Shown: positions 13,326-24,982 of the stretch, one piece after another
How positions within the stretch are numbered: position 1 is the stretch's first letter
Layout of the letters: the number at the start of each line of letters is the position of its first letter
Origin: Octopus sinensis
Taxonomy: Eukaryota
DNA length: 64,000 bases
Reading direction: 5' to 3'
NCBI RefSeq assembly: GCF_006345805.1
Contig: NC_043000.1
Coordinates: 1,674,001 to 1,738,000, forward strand
The notes under the pieces: generated by a model
What the model was told of the DNA's origin: nothing
The model's input: only the letters and a program-made list of their open reading frames with translations
Databases searched by the model: none
Program-made: the position numbers and the translations under genes

Positions 13326-13370
13326 TGACCGAACATTAACTTAATTACTTTTTACGTGTGTGTGTGTATT

Positions 13371-13761
13371 TACTCTTTTTTTTTTTACTCTTTTACTTGT
13401 TTCAGTCATTTGACTGCGGCCATGCTGGAGCACCGCCTTTAGTCGAGCAAATCGACCCCGGGACTTATTCTCCGCAAGCCCAGTACTTATTCTATCGGTC
13501 TCCTTTGCCGAACGGCTAAGTGACGGGGACGTAAACACACCAGCAATGCTAGGAGGGCAAACACACACACATACACATATATATATATACATATATACGA
13601 CAGGCTTCTTTCAGTTTCCGTCTACCAAATCCACTCACAAGGCATCGGTCGGCCCGGGGCTATAGCAGAAGACACTTGCCCAAGGTGCCACGCAGTGGGA
13701 CTGAACCCGGAACCATGTGGTTGGTTAGCAAGCTACTTACCACACAGCCACTCCTGCGCCT
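13371..13761 (-). mobile_element. SINE-A
   Basis: Family A head and tail; head-to-head with the next copy. Confidence 0.9.
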
Positions 13762-13776
13762 ATATATATATATATA

Positions 13777-13849
<73 letters not shown>

Positions 13850-13855
13850 ATATAT

Positions 13856-14022
13856 GCGTAGGAGTGGCTGTGTGGTAAGTAGCTTGCTTACCAGCCACAT
13901 GGTTCCGGGTTCAGTCCCACTGCGTGGCACCTTGGGCAAGTGTCTTCTCTACTATAGCCTCGGGCGACCAAAGCCTTGTGAGTGGATTTGGTAGACAGAA
14001 ACTGAAAAAAGCCTGTCGTATA

Positions 14023-14058
<36 letters not shown>

Positions 14059-14273
14059 GGTGTGTGTGGTGTGTGTGGTGTGTGTGTATGTTTTTGTTTT
14101 GTCCCCCAACATCGCTTGACAACCGATGCTGGTGTGTTTACGTCCCCGTAACTTAGCGGTTCGGCAAAAGAGACCGATACAGAATAAGTCCTGGGGGTCG
14201 ATTTGATCAACTAAAAAGGTGGTGCTCCAGCATGGCCGCAGTCAAATGACTGAAACAAGTAAAAGTGTAAAGA
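13856..14273 (+). mobile_element. SINE-A
   Basis: Family A head and tail. Confidence 0.9.
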
Positions 14274-14309
14274 ATACCTGTTACGTTTTTTTTATAAATA
14301 TATATATAT

Positions 14310-14386
<77 letters not shown>

Positions 14387-14390
<4 letters not shown>

Positions 14391-14804
14391 AGGAGTGGTG
14401 CTGTGTGGTAAGTAGCTTGCTTACGAACCACATGGTTCCAGGTTCAGTCCCACTGCGTGGCATCTTGGGCAAGTGTCTTCTGCTATAGCCCCGGGCTGAC
14501 CAATGCCTTGTGAGTGGATTTGGTGACGGAAACTGAAAGAAGCCCGTCGTATATATGTATATATATGTATATGTATGTGTGTGTGTTTGTGTGTATGTGT
14601 TTGTCCTCCTAGCATTGCTTGACAACCGATGCTGGTGTGTTTACGTCCCCGTCACTTAGCGGTTCGGCAAAAGAGACCGATAGAATAAGTACTGGGCTTA
14701 CAAAAGAATAAGTCCCGGGGTCAAGTTGCTCGATTAAAGGCGGTGCTCCAGCATGGCCGCAGTCAAATGACTGAAACAAGTAAAAGAGTAAAAGAGTAAA
14801 GAGT
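14387..14804 (+). mobile_element. SINE-A
   Basis: Family A head and (AAAGAGT)n tail. Confidence 0.9.
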
Positions 14805-15270
14805 ATACTGTGCGTGTGTGTGTGTGTGCATGCGCGTGTGCGTGCGTGTGTGCGTGTGTGTGTGTTATATATACGAGGAGCAGGGTATATTGCGTGGGTG
14901 GATGAGTATGCCTATGTTTACTGCTTGATTTTTTCCCCGTTCGTAGAAATTAAAAACCTTTTTGTGTACACACACAAGCCGAAGCAGCAGTAACCCACAT
15001 TATCAGCCACAGCAACAACCACACTGCTACCACGAGATCTGTTGTTTCCCAATACAGTCTGTTACGAAAGTTTGCCTTGACCTCTTTGCTATGTGATAAA
15101 CATTCTGTTTACCGGAACTTTCGTTAGAGCCACTCGTAATGATGTTAACTATTTATTATAGACTGATTCACCGAAATACTTACCTGTTTTTTTGCCTTCG
15201 ATGTGTCTGGGGAATATTTTTTTGTTTACAAACCGTATACATACTTGTATAAGTTGTAAATAAATATATA

Positions 15271-15503
15271 TACTCTTTTCTCTCCTTTACTCTGTTACTT
15301 GTTTCAGTCATTTGACTGCGGCCATGCTGGAGCACCGCTTTAGTCGAGCAAATCGACCCCAGGACTTATTCTTTGTAAGCCTAGTACGTATTCTATCGGT
15401 CTCTTTTTGCCGAACCGCTAAGTGACGGGGACATAAACACACCAGCATCGGTTGTCAAGCATGCTAGGGGGACAAACACAGACACACAACATATACACAC
15501 ACA

Positions 15504-15572
<69 letters not shown>

Positions 15573-15732
15573 TACGACAGGCTTCTTTCAGTTTCCGTCT
15601 ACCAAATCCACTCACAAGGCATTGGTCGGCTCGGGGCTATAGCAGAAGACACTTGCCCAACATACCACGCAGTGGGACTGAACCCGGTACCATGTGGTTG
15701 GTTAGCAAGCTACTTACCACACAGCCACTCCT
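15271..15732 (-). mobile_element. SINE-A
   Basis: Family A with expanded internal (TA)n. Confidence 0.9.
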
Positions 15733-15932
15733 ATGAGTACTTTTAATAAACTTACAAACAAACCCCTTTCGATAATTACAGGTAATTTGGGGGAGGGGTC
15801 TGTTTGAACTGCATGAATATATAAGCAGAATTAATTCCAAACAATTTTTATATATTTCTACATATTTATTATTAAAGCGCCGAATACAGTGGTGTACGTA
15901 TTCGGCGCTCTAATAATACATATACATCTATA

Positions 15933-16320
15933 GTGGAGGCGCAATGGCCCAGTGGTTAGGGCAGCGGACTCGCGGTCATAGGATCGCGGTTTCGATTCCC
16001 AGACCGGGCGTTGTGAGTGTTTATTGAGCGAAAACACCTAAAAAAGCTCCACGAGGCTCCGGCAGGGGATGGTGGTGATCCCTGCTGTACTCTTTCACCA
16101 CAACTTTCTCTCACTCTTACTTCCTGTTTCTGTTGTACCTGTATTTCAAGGGGCCGGCCTTGTCACTCTCTGTGTCACGCTGAATATCCTCGAGAACTAC
16201 GTTAAGGGTACACGTGTCTGTGGAGTGCTCAGCCACTTACACGTTAATTTCACGAGCAGGCTGTTCCGTTGATCGGATCAATCGGAACCCTCGTCGTCGT
16301 AACCGACGGAGTGCTTTCAC
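15933..16320 (+). mobile_element. SINE-C
   Basis: Same sequence family as 4636-5022; TSD catatacat(c/t)tata. Confidence 0.9.
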
Positions 16321-16481
16321 CATATACATTTATATTAGAGGATCTCAAGAGAAATACCTTAGTATTTGGCAAGCGCACACGCACATGCACACGCGCGCAC
16401 ATACATACAGAGATACAGGCAGACAGACAGACAGACAGAGAAAAATTACAATTTTTACCTCAATGTAAATATATTCATATT

Positions 16482-16910
16482 CTGCGGGGGGATCTTTTCG
16501 GTTTGACCGGCAGTGTTTTAAAATAATTTCCACGTAACTAAACACTTTTAAACTTCGTATACTGGTAGAATGTGTTTATAAAACATCTTTTTCTCTTGTC
16601 TTTATTGAGAAAATTCTATAGTTTGTAAGATATTTGTTGTTTTTTTCTTCAATTTCTGCAATTTCAACCAATCAATGACGTCTATTGAGGTGAAAGCATT
16701 CTGTGCCGTATGAATATGTCCCTCGTTTAAGGAACAGATTGGGTTTATTTACATTTCTGAAGAAAAAAAGATACCCTTCCCCCCACCCCTAACCCTAAAA
16801 CAAATTGAAATGCAATAGATAGATACTAGGGTCATAATTATGGGTGACAATTTCATATGACACAGCTAGAAAAAACTGCCGTTCAAAACGAAAAGATCCC
16901 TGCGGAGCCC
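16482..16910. mobile_element. Non-autonomous TIR element (MITE)
   Basis: About 30-bp imperfect TIRs ctgcgggggatcttttcggtttgaccggcagt / actgccgttcaaaacgaaaagatccctgcgg; no ORF. Confidence 0.65.
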
Positions 16911-17690
16911 ATCTCGACTACTCTGGAGTCTTGAATAATCGTGTCCCCCACCTCCATTCCTGCTTATTAATTTTTCGGATTTTTTCCACACACACCTCGC
17001 TTTTATTCCAACCCCACCGCTTATTAATTTTTTCAGATTTTTTACCCCCCACTCCCGCTTTTATTCCAACTTACCCTCATATTAAATTTTGCTAATCTAT
17101 CTCCGGTGAAATTTTATTGTAAGTTATTCATATAAATACAACAGCTGGAGAATCTAATAATTTTATTTTACGTTAAGAACATTATATATGACTAAAAAAA
17201 AAGACTACAAGTAATACCATATGTTATAAAATAAATAGGATATATAAACTAAGTAACTAATACTAGTTTTAGAAAGAAATCAAAGATGACAGCCTAGAAA
17301 ATTTTAAATCAGGATTTCTCATTTAGACACAAGGCCAACAATTTGTGGGGAGGGACAAGTGGATTAAAGCGACTCAGTACATTACAGGTGCTTTATTTTA
17401 TCGACCCCGTAGGGATGAAAGATACAGCTAACCAGGCAGGATTGAATTCAGAATGTAATGGGCCATAACTTTATGCTGCAAGGCACGTTGCCCGATGCTT
17501 AGGCACAATGCCAGCAATTTAAAGGGAAGGGGAAAGTCGATTAAACTGGCTCCCGTTACTAGTACAAAGCGACAAACTCAGGGGAATGTATTATTATTTT
17601 GACTGACACAATTTTTGTGAATCAGCATGACAAAAAAAGAAAAGAAAAGAAAAAAAGCAAATGACAGGAATGGGAAGAAAACCCTGGAGT

Positions 17691-18095
17691 ACTCTTTTAC
17701 TCTTTTACTCCCTTTTACTTGTTTCAGTCATTTGACTGCGGCCATGCTGGAGCACCGCCTTTAGTCGAGCAAATCGACCCCGGGACTTATTCTTTGTAAG
17801 CCCAGTACTTATTCTATCGGTCTCATTTGCCGAACCGCTAAGTAACGGGGACGTAAACACACCAGCATCGGTTGTCAAGCAATGCTAGGGGGACAAACAC
17901 AGACACACAAACACACACACACACACACACATATATATACATATATACGACAGGCTTCTTTCAGTTTCCGTCTACCAAATCCACTCACAAGGCATTGGTC
18001 GGCCCGAGGCTATAGCAGAAGACACTTGCCCAAGATGAACCCAGAACCATGTGGTTGGTAGGCAAGCTACTTACCACACAGCCACTCTTGCGCCT
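17691..18095 (-). mobile_element. SINE-A with short deletion in the head
   Basis: Family A; gcccaagatg joins directly to aacccagaacc. Confidence 0.88.
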
Positions 18096-18595
18096 ATTTG
18101 TTTTCATAACGCATGGAAGAAAAAATATTTATCCACAGCATATGTATCCAACGTTCATGCGGGTGAGCCTTCAATATCTTAGGGCATTCATAACCTTCAA
18201 CCCTAAGAAGATCAATCAAGAAAACAAGGAAATTGCTGTCGGAAAACATGCTTTACGACCAGCCAGAGTTTATAAAATCTTAAGGCTGGACAACTGCCCC
18301 AGTCTGTAACATACGCCTGAGTTTACTGTTACTCCACACTGTAGTCAACAAATCTTCATTTTCAATTTTTCTACGATTTCTCTCTAATCACCAACGCAAA
18401 TTCCACGCAAACTAAGAACTTCAATGACGAACTGATTATCCTTACAGGACAAGTTTTTTACGGAATAAGGATTTAACATCATTAACACGACTCGAGTATT
18501 AATTTCACTTTCCTCTTATTAATTTCTTTAGCTTCGTCGTGTCGTTGTAAGTGCTTTAAAATGCTTTTTTCCTAATTTTCGTACATACACTATAC

Positions 18596-19130
18596 CTATT
18601 TCTTTATTACCCACAAGGGGCTAAACACAGAGAGGACAAACAAGGACAGACATAGGGATTAAGTCGATTACATCGACTCCAGTGCGTAACTGGTACTTAA
18701 TTTATCGACCCCGAAAGGATGAAAGGCAAAGTCGACCTCGGTGGAATTTGAACTCACAACGTAACGCAGACGAAATACCTATTTCTTTATTACCCACAAG
18801 GGGCTAAACACAGAGAGGACAAACAAGGACAGACATAGGTATTAAGTCGATTACATCGACCCCAGTGCGTAACTGGTACTTAATTTATCGACCCCGAAAG
18901 GATGAAAGGCAAAGTCGACCTCGGCGGAATTTGAACTCACAACGTAACGCAGACGAAATACCGCTAAGCATTTCGTCCGGTGTGCTAACGTTCCTGCCAG
19001 CTCGCCACCTTAGAGCTGGGTAAAATAATCCAATGCATTTTATCCTACACCTTTGCAATTCTACCAGTTCGGAACATAAGAAAGCGGTAAAACGTCGCAG
19101 AAATGTCTTACAGAAAGCACCGTGAGTAAA
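18596..19130 (-). mobile_element. SINE-B dimer plus 120-bp 5' extension
   Basis: 15-bp TSD gtacatacactatac (18581-18595 / 19131-19145) encloses both the dimer and the non-SINE segment 19011-19130. Confidence 0.85.
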
Positions 19131-19551
19131 GTACATACACTATACAGTTACTGATTCCCACCCAGCCCCGTTTATTCCAACCAATCCACTTATATGAATT
19201 TAAGCAAATGTCCAACCCACCAGTTTATTCCAACCCACCTATTATTTGGGGCTGGAGAATATGTAACATATATGGATTCCACGAGAGATTGAGAAGAAGG
19301 TACAGACGGATATAGATAGAGGGAGATTGAAGAATAAAAGAAGGTACGGTACAAGACTGATTGGTCCAGGCTTGAAGAGGACTACGTCCAGCACTGCACA
19401 ACTATATCTGTAGATTTTTTGCAAAAGCTCCATGTACAGACAGATTTAAACATGTTTGAAAATATATGTTCCAAAGATGTTCTCCATTTCCCCAATTTTT
19501 GTCGAAACATTCACATCCGCCGGGCAGCTGGTCGCTACAACGGTACATGAG

Positions 19552-19784
19552 AAGGCAGCGAGCTGGCAGAAACGTTAGCACACCGGGCGAAATACTTAGC
19601 GGTATTTCGCCCGTCGCTATGTTCTGAGTTCAAATTCCGCCGAGGTTGACTTTGCTTTTTATCCTTTCGGGGTCGATAAATTAAGTACCAGTTACGCACT
19701 GGGGGCGATGTAATCGACTTAATACCTATGTCTGTCCTTGTTTGTCCCCTATATGTTTAGCCCCTTGTGGGTAATAAAGAAATA
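19552..19784 (+). mobile_element. SINE-B full monomer
   Basis: aaggcagcgagctggcagaa head to gaaata tail; TSD ggtacatgag. Confidence 0.93.
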
Positions 19785-20982
19785 GGTACATGAGTTGCAC
19801 TGTTTATCCCATAAAGTAACAACGTCTGGCCTATTGTATCAACTGAGTAGAAATTTTTTTAATGAAATACATGACGTACAGGCAGAGCAGCGAGAAACTA
19901 AACAATAATGGGTGCTACTTTTCTGATTACTTTTGGTTAGTTTTAAGTGTCTTTACGTTGAAAGACATGCGGCCGCCAAACTTGTGTGATCTACGCGCTA
20001 ATTTTAATTATTATATTATTCATTCTTGGTTTCATATTATCATTCACTAACACATAAATAAAACATGGTTTTATTATTATTAAAATAGTAGCAAGTTTGA
20101 AAAAATACGTTTACAATGCTAAGTATATACAAAAGAATTTATTGTAAAAAATCTTTAGCCAACAGTTTAGGGCTTTTAGAAATTGAAAACTAAACTAAAA
20201 TGTAACCTAAAGTAATCGCCCTTTAAGTTGTAGATCACACGCCAAAGTAGCACCCAATAATGTACCTATTCATTTTCAGCTACTTCCGGCAGATTCGAAC
20301 GTGAATGCCTAATCGATGTTCTTTTTCGTTATCGGAATGTACCTTTTCCTTTTAGATGATATGCGTTTCATACCACACGCAGTTCACCGGTGAACGGTGA
20401 CTTTTCACTAATATGGTATTTCGTCTATATTGTGTGGACAGATAGATCTAGCAGGCTCTTGTTTATAGAATTTGGCAAAAAAATTACTTGCTGATGCCTA
20501 CTGATATCTGCCAAACAGATAATTATTCGTGAGGCTGCATGCAGAACCGCGGGAATTCAAACAATAACGTATCTGTTCATTCTCAATACGTTCTGACTGA
20601 TTCGAGTGCGAATATCTGATTGTTGTTGTCAATAACGAAGAGCCTGGACTCTTGTCAGATTCATCCGTCGTGTAGGGTTAACTTTAACTGAGGAGACACA
20701 CGAGGTCGAAACACCGTGGTATCTCAAAATCACCTTACACCGGTGAATCAAGTGTGTTATGAACACGTCAGCTAAAGGGAAGAGCTGTTCTTCGATGACG
20801 ATGGGGGTGAATGGATTACGCAGTTGTCCACTAATATATTTAAAGGTTCCAAGGTTCTGGTGTGTCTTCGGTATCGCCATCAAGACAATGCTATTCACGG
20901 ATAGCATTGTAGATGGTTTTAGAAACAATATTGTACCTCAAAAAGAGGTAGTATCTTTGGAGCATTTTTGGATAACTGATGA

Positions 20983-21393
20983 TATCTCTCTATATATAAA
21001 CGGCAGTTTGTCTGTCTGTGTGTCTGTGTGGCTGTCAGGTTGTACCCTCACCCTGACCACGGCTTTCAACCGATTCTGATGAAACTTGACACACACATAG
21101 CCCAATGTCATAATTCAAAACTAACGCAGCGAAAATTTTGAAAAGTTCCCCCACTTCTGAAAAAAATCGATAAATTCGATATGGGGTCGAGAATCTAAGC
21201 TTTTTATATGCAACACATTTTCTGTCGGGAGACAGCTAGGAACATGGTATACATAGAAGTATTCGAGTGAAGAGAAGACATTGCAACCTACACATGCGCC
21301 TTTGTTCCCAAGAGGGAAAGAGCTAGATTGGGATTAGTCGTTGCCAACTAGGGGCTATTACATACCCGGGCAACGCCGGGCTATGCTGCTAGT
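20983..21393 (+). mobile_element. Helentron-type non-autonomous element, family H2
   Basis: Starts atctctctatatataaacggcag, ends cccgggcaacgccgggctatgctgctagt; second copy at 44814-45236. Confidence 0.7.
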
Positions 21394-21879
21394 GGGTGAT
21401 ACCTTCCACGCCGATATATCTCAACCGACATTTTCTAACACATAAAGCATCCTTATTAGTGACATAGCGTACGTTTTCGATTACAGCAAACACACTTATA
21501 TGGCCGCCCGATACTGTCTGCAAACCGAGCCTACGCCGGTGATCCTTATCTCTCTTCTTGATCAGATATTTTCGTAGCCGTCTCATACTTCTGAAAGCAA
21601 ACACGTAGCCTTCAAGGTAAGATGAATGCATCTATCAAAGTCCAGGAGAGATTACGATTCTTGCCAATATTATTAGTAATCTAATACTTGCAAGTTATGT
21701 ACGTAACTTTATGCTGATCCGATGAGTATTTCTCCTCCTAGTTTTTGTCAAACTAGGTCACTCCAGCTGCCCTTAGTTCTTCACCTAATCTCATGGGGTT
21801 ATATTTACTGTTGAGGAGCGTAATGTATTCATTGCTCTTTTTGCTGATCAATAGTTATTGTTTAAGTGATACGATATAC

Positions 21880-22325
21880 GTGTGTCTGTATGTGTGTGTG
21901 TGTTATGTATATTTATTATGCATGTATGTATGTATGCATGTGTATGTATGTATGTATGTATGTATGTATGTATGTGTGTATGTATGTATGTATGAATGTG
22001 TGTATGTATGTATGTATGTAGTATGTATGTATGTATGTATGTATGTATGTATGTATGTTGAATGTGGTATGTATGTATGTATGTATGTTATGTATGTATG
22101 TATGTATGTATGTATGTGTGTGTATGTATGTATGTGTGTGTATGTATGTATGTATGTATGTATTATGTATGTATGTATGTATGTATGCATGCATGCATGC
22201 ATGTATGTGTGTATGTGTGTATATGTGTGTGTGTATGTATGTATGTATGTATGTGTGTATGTATGTGTGTATGTATGTGTGTATGTATGTATGTGTGTAT
22301 GTATGTAGCAAGCTTGCATGCATGC
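21880..22325. repeat. (TATG)n/(TG)n compound microsatellite
   Basis: Direct reading. Confidence 0.95.
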
Positions 22326-22652
22326 ATGAAGAAGTGTGACCAAGTGGTTAGAGTGTTCGGCTCACGATTATAATATCGGCGGTTTAATTCCTGGATCGAT
22401 AGTGCGTTGTATTCTTAAGCAAGTTACTTCATATCACGTTGCTCCGGTCCACTCGGCTGAAAATGAGTAAAAGCCGCACGGTAACATTTGCGACCCTTTT
22501 TCCTTCCGGCTGTCACGTCCTAGCTAGATATACCACTGGGTCACAGTGTGAGGAAGTCCACAGGGTGTCTATATCTGTTTAGGCAGCTTAAAACAATTAA
22601 CGAGAACGTGGCATAACTTACCAAGTCATGTACGTTCGCGGGTGACGGCTGG

Positions 22653-22704
<52 letters not shown>

Positions 22705-22908
22705 TGTGTGTGTGCATATATGTGTGTATTTCACATGTTGTTTACTGCTTGTTTTCGTAGCCCTACAACCAGCAGCTGTAGTCTGTTATGTTTGTTGCCA
22801 TGAATTAGCCAAGTGTGACGGTTGACAGCCTCATTCAATATTCTGACATAAAATTTTAAAATAAAACATTCATTTATTATTTTTATAATAATGAAAATGA
22901 TGATGATG

Positions 22909-22974
<66 letters not shown>

Positions 22975-22988
22975 TCACTTTTTTTTTT

Positions 22989-23144
22989 AGACATTCATTA
23001 GTACAACACCAAAAACTCACCCGCCCCCCAAATATATGGCACACTAGGCATAACAACAACATGAACTTCCAACCTGTTGTCTCTTGAGGTCTCTGGGTGA
23101 GACTTGGAGCCAACTTGTACAAATATAAAGCAAAAGTCAAACAG
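22989..23144 (+). mobile_element. Probable 3' UTR end of an RLE-type LINE in (AAT)n
   Basis: Non-coding, bounded by (AAT)n on both sides, directly upstream of two RLE LINE ends; family assignment is inference. Confidence 0.45.
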
Positions 23145-23160
23145 AATAATAATAATAATA

Positions 23161-23679
23161 ACCAGTACATACAGACCGAACCATCAAAGCCAATAAACCA
23201 GATATTGTTGTGAAAGACAAAAAACAATAAAGTTTGCTTATTGATCGACATGAGCATCCCCTGTGATAATAATATCTCGGCGAAAGAGTTTGACAAGCTC
23301 AGAAAATATAAAGACCTGCTCATTGAAATTGAGAAAATGTGGCATCTCAAGGCGGTTACAATACCAGTGATCGTAGGAGCACTAGGAATGATCAAGAAGG
23401 GAACCGAAAATTATATGAGAATGATCCCTGGCTTACCATCCCTGCAAGAAGTGTAAAAGATTGTCTTAACTGGTATATCACACGTATTGAGAAGAGCATT
23501 GTCGATGTGAGAACTATTACTACTCATGTATTTTAATTTAACTTTAAAAAAAAATGAACGAACTAGTGAGTTTAGTTTAATGGCCTACCAATGTATACTA
23601 TGAGTTTCTTTGCCCTAGGAGTCGGGAAGACGCTCGGCAAGAAATGGAAGCAAATTTGAAAGAAGAAGAAAAAAAAATC
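23161..23679 (+). mobile_element. 5'-truncated R4/Dong/HERO-like LINE (RLE domain plus 3' UTR)
   Basis: PVHTDRTIKANKPDIVVKDK...LLIDMSIPCDNNISAKEFDKLRKYKDLLIEIEKMW...IVGALG...RRALSM*; (AAT)n at both ends. Confidence 0.88.
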
Positions 23680-23726
<47 letters not shown>

Positions 23727-23765
23727 TAATAATGATAATAATAATGATAATAATAATGATAATGA

Positions 23766-23908
23766 TATTTTGACCAGATCCCTGGGAAACCAACAATCTA
23801 TGAGACACAAAAAATTTTGTTGACATCAACCGCTCACATTTTCGGGAAGTTTCTCTCCATCTGTTGAGACCCAGTCGGAAGGTGAAGTAAAATGCAAATC
23901 AATCGGAA
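23766..23908 (+). mobile_element. Extreme 3' end of another RLE LINE family
   Basis: 23769-23867 FDQIPGKPTIYETQKILLTSTAHIFGKFLSIC*, short UTR, then aataataat. Confidence 0.75.
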
Positions 23909-23914
23909 AATAAT

Positions 23915-24510
23915 AATAGCAATCCTTTCTACTATAAGCCCAAGGCCTGAAATGTTTGGGACCGGGGCGAACTAGTCGATTGCATCGACCCCAGTGCGTG
24001 ACTGGTACTTAATTTATCGACCCCGAAAGGATGAAAGGCAAAATCAACCTCGGCGGATTTTTGGACTTAGAACATAAGGACGGACAAAATGCCGCTAAGT
24101 ATTTTGTCCGGTGTGCTAACATTTCTTATTTCTTTATTGCCCACAAGGGGCTAAACATAGAGGGGACAAACAGGACAGACAATGGAATTAAGTCGATTAT
24201 ATCGACCTCGAAAGGATGAAAGGCAAAGTCGACCTCGGCGGAATTTGAACTCAGAACGTTACGGAAGGCAAAATACCTATTTCTTTACTACCCACAAGGG
24301 GCTAAACACAAAGGGGACAAACAAGGACAGACATAGGTATTAAGTCGATTATATCGATCCCGGTGCGTAAGTGGTACTTAATTTATCGACCCCGAAAGGA
24401 TGAGAGGCAAAGTCGACCTCGGCGGAATTTGAACTCAGAACGTAACGGCAGACGAAATACCGCTAAGCATTTCGCCCGGTGTGCTAACGTTCCTGCCAGC
24501 TCGCCACCTT
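23915..24510 (-). mobile_element. SINE-B/B2 composite multimer
   Basis: Head at 24510, internal junctions, B2-type tail (aggcctgaaat...gattgc). Confidence 0.85.
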
Positions 24511-24982
24511 AGAGCTGGGTAAAATAATCCAATGCATTTTATCCTACACCTTTGCAATTCTACCAGTTCGCAACATAAGAAAGCGGTAAAACGTCGCAGA
24601 AATGTCTTACAGAAAGCACCGTGAGTAAAGTCAGTGGTTTTTGTTTATTCATTAGTTTCTTTCTTTGTTAGTTTATTTTTGTTTTGTGTTATTGTATTTT
24701 GTTTCGTTTCCCTTCGTTACCTTCTGGTTTGACGCTACGTTAATATCGCGATAATAAAAACGTTAATATCGCGATAATAAAAACAGCAACATTGAGCACA
24801 GTGATTCGTATAAGAAACAACATGATGGTATTTAACACCAACACGAAAATACGTCTCATAAACAACATCGCACGTAAACTTAACGTCATAAACAACAATA
24901 ACGATTGCAGCAAGTATATCATAAAACCACCCACAATAGCAAAGCTATCATACGTGAAGACCCCCAATAAAAAAGCAACAAG

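Noticed and set aside
20683-20725. Hammerhead-like CTGAGGA-GAC..GTC-GAAAC
   Set aside because: Core and stem II fit, but stem III gives G at the cleavage position or a mismatch, and no stem I forms; at best a decayed copy
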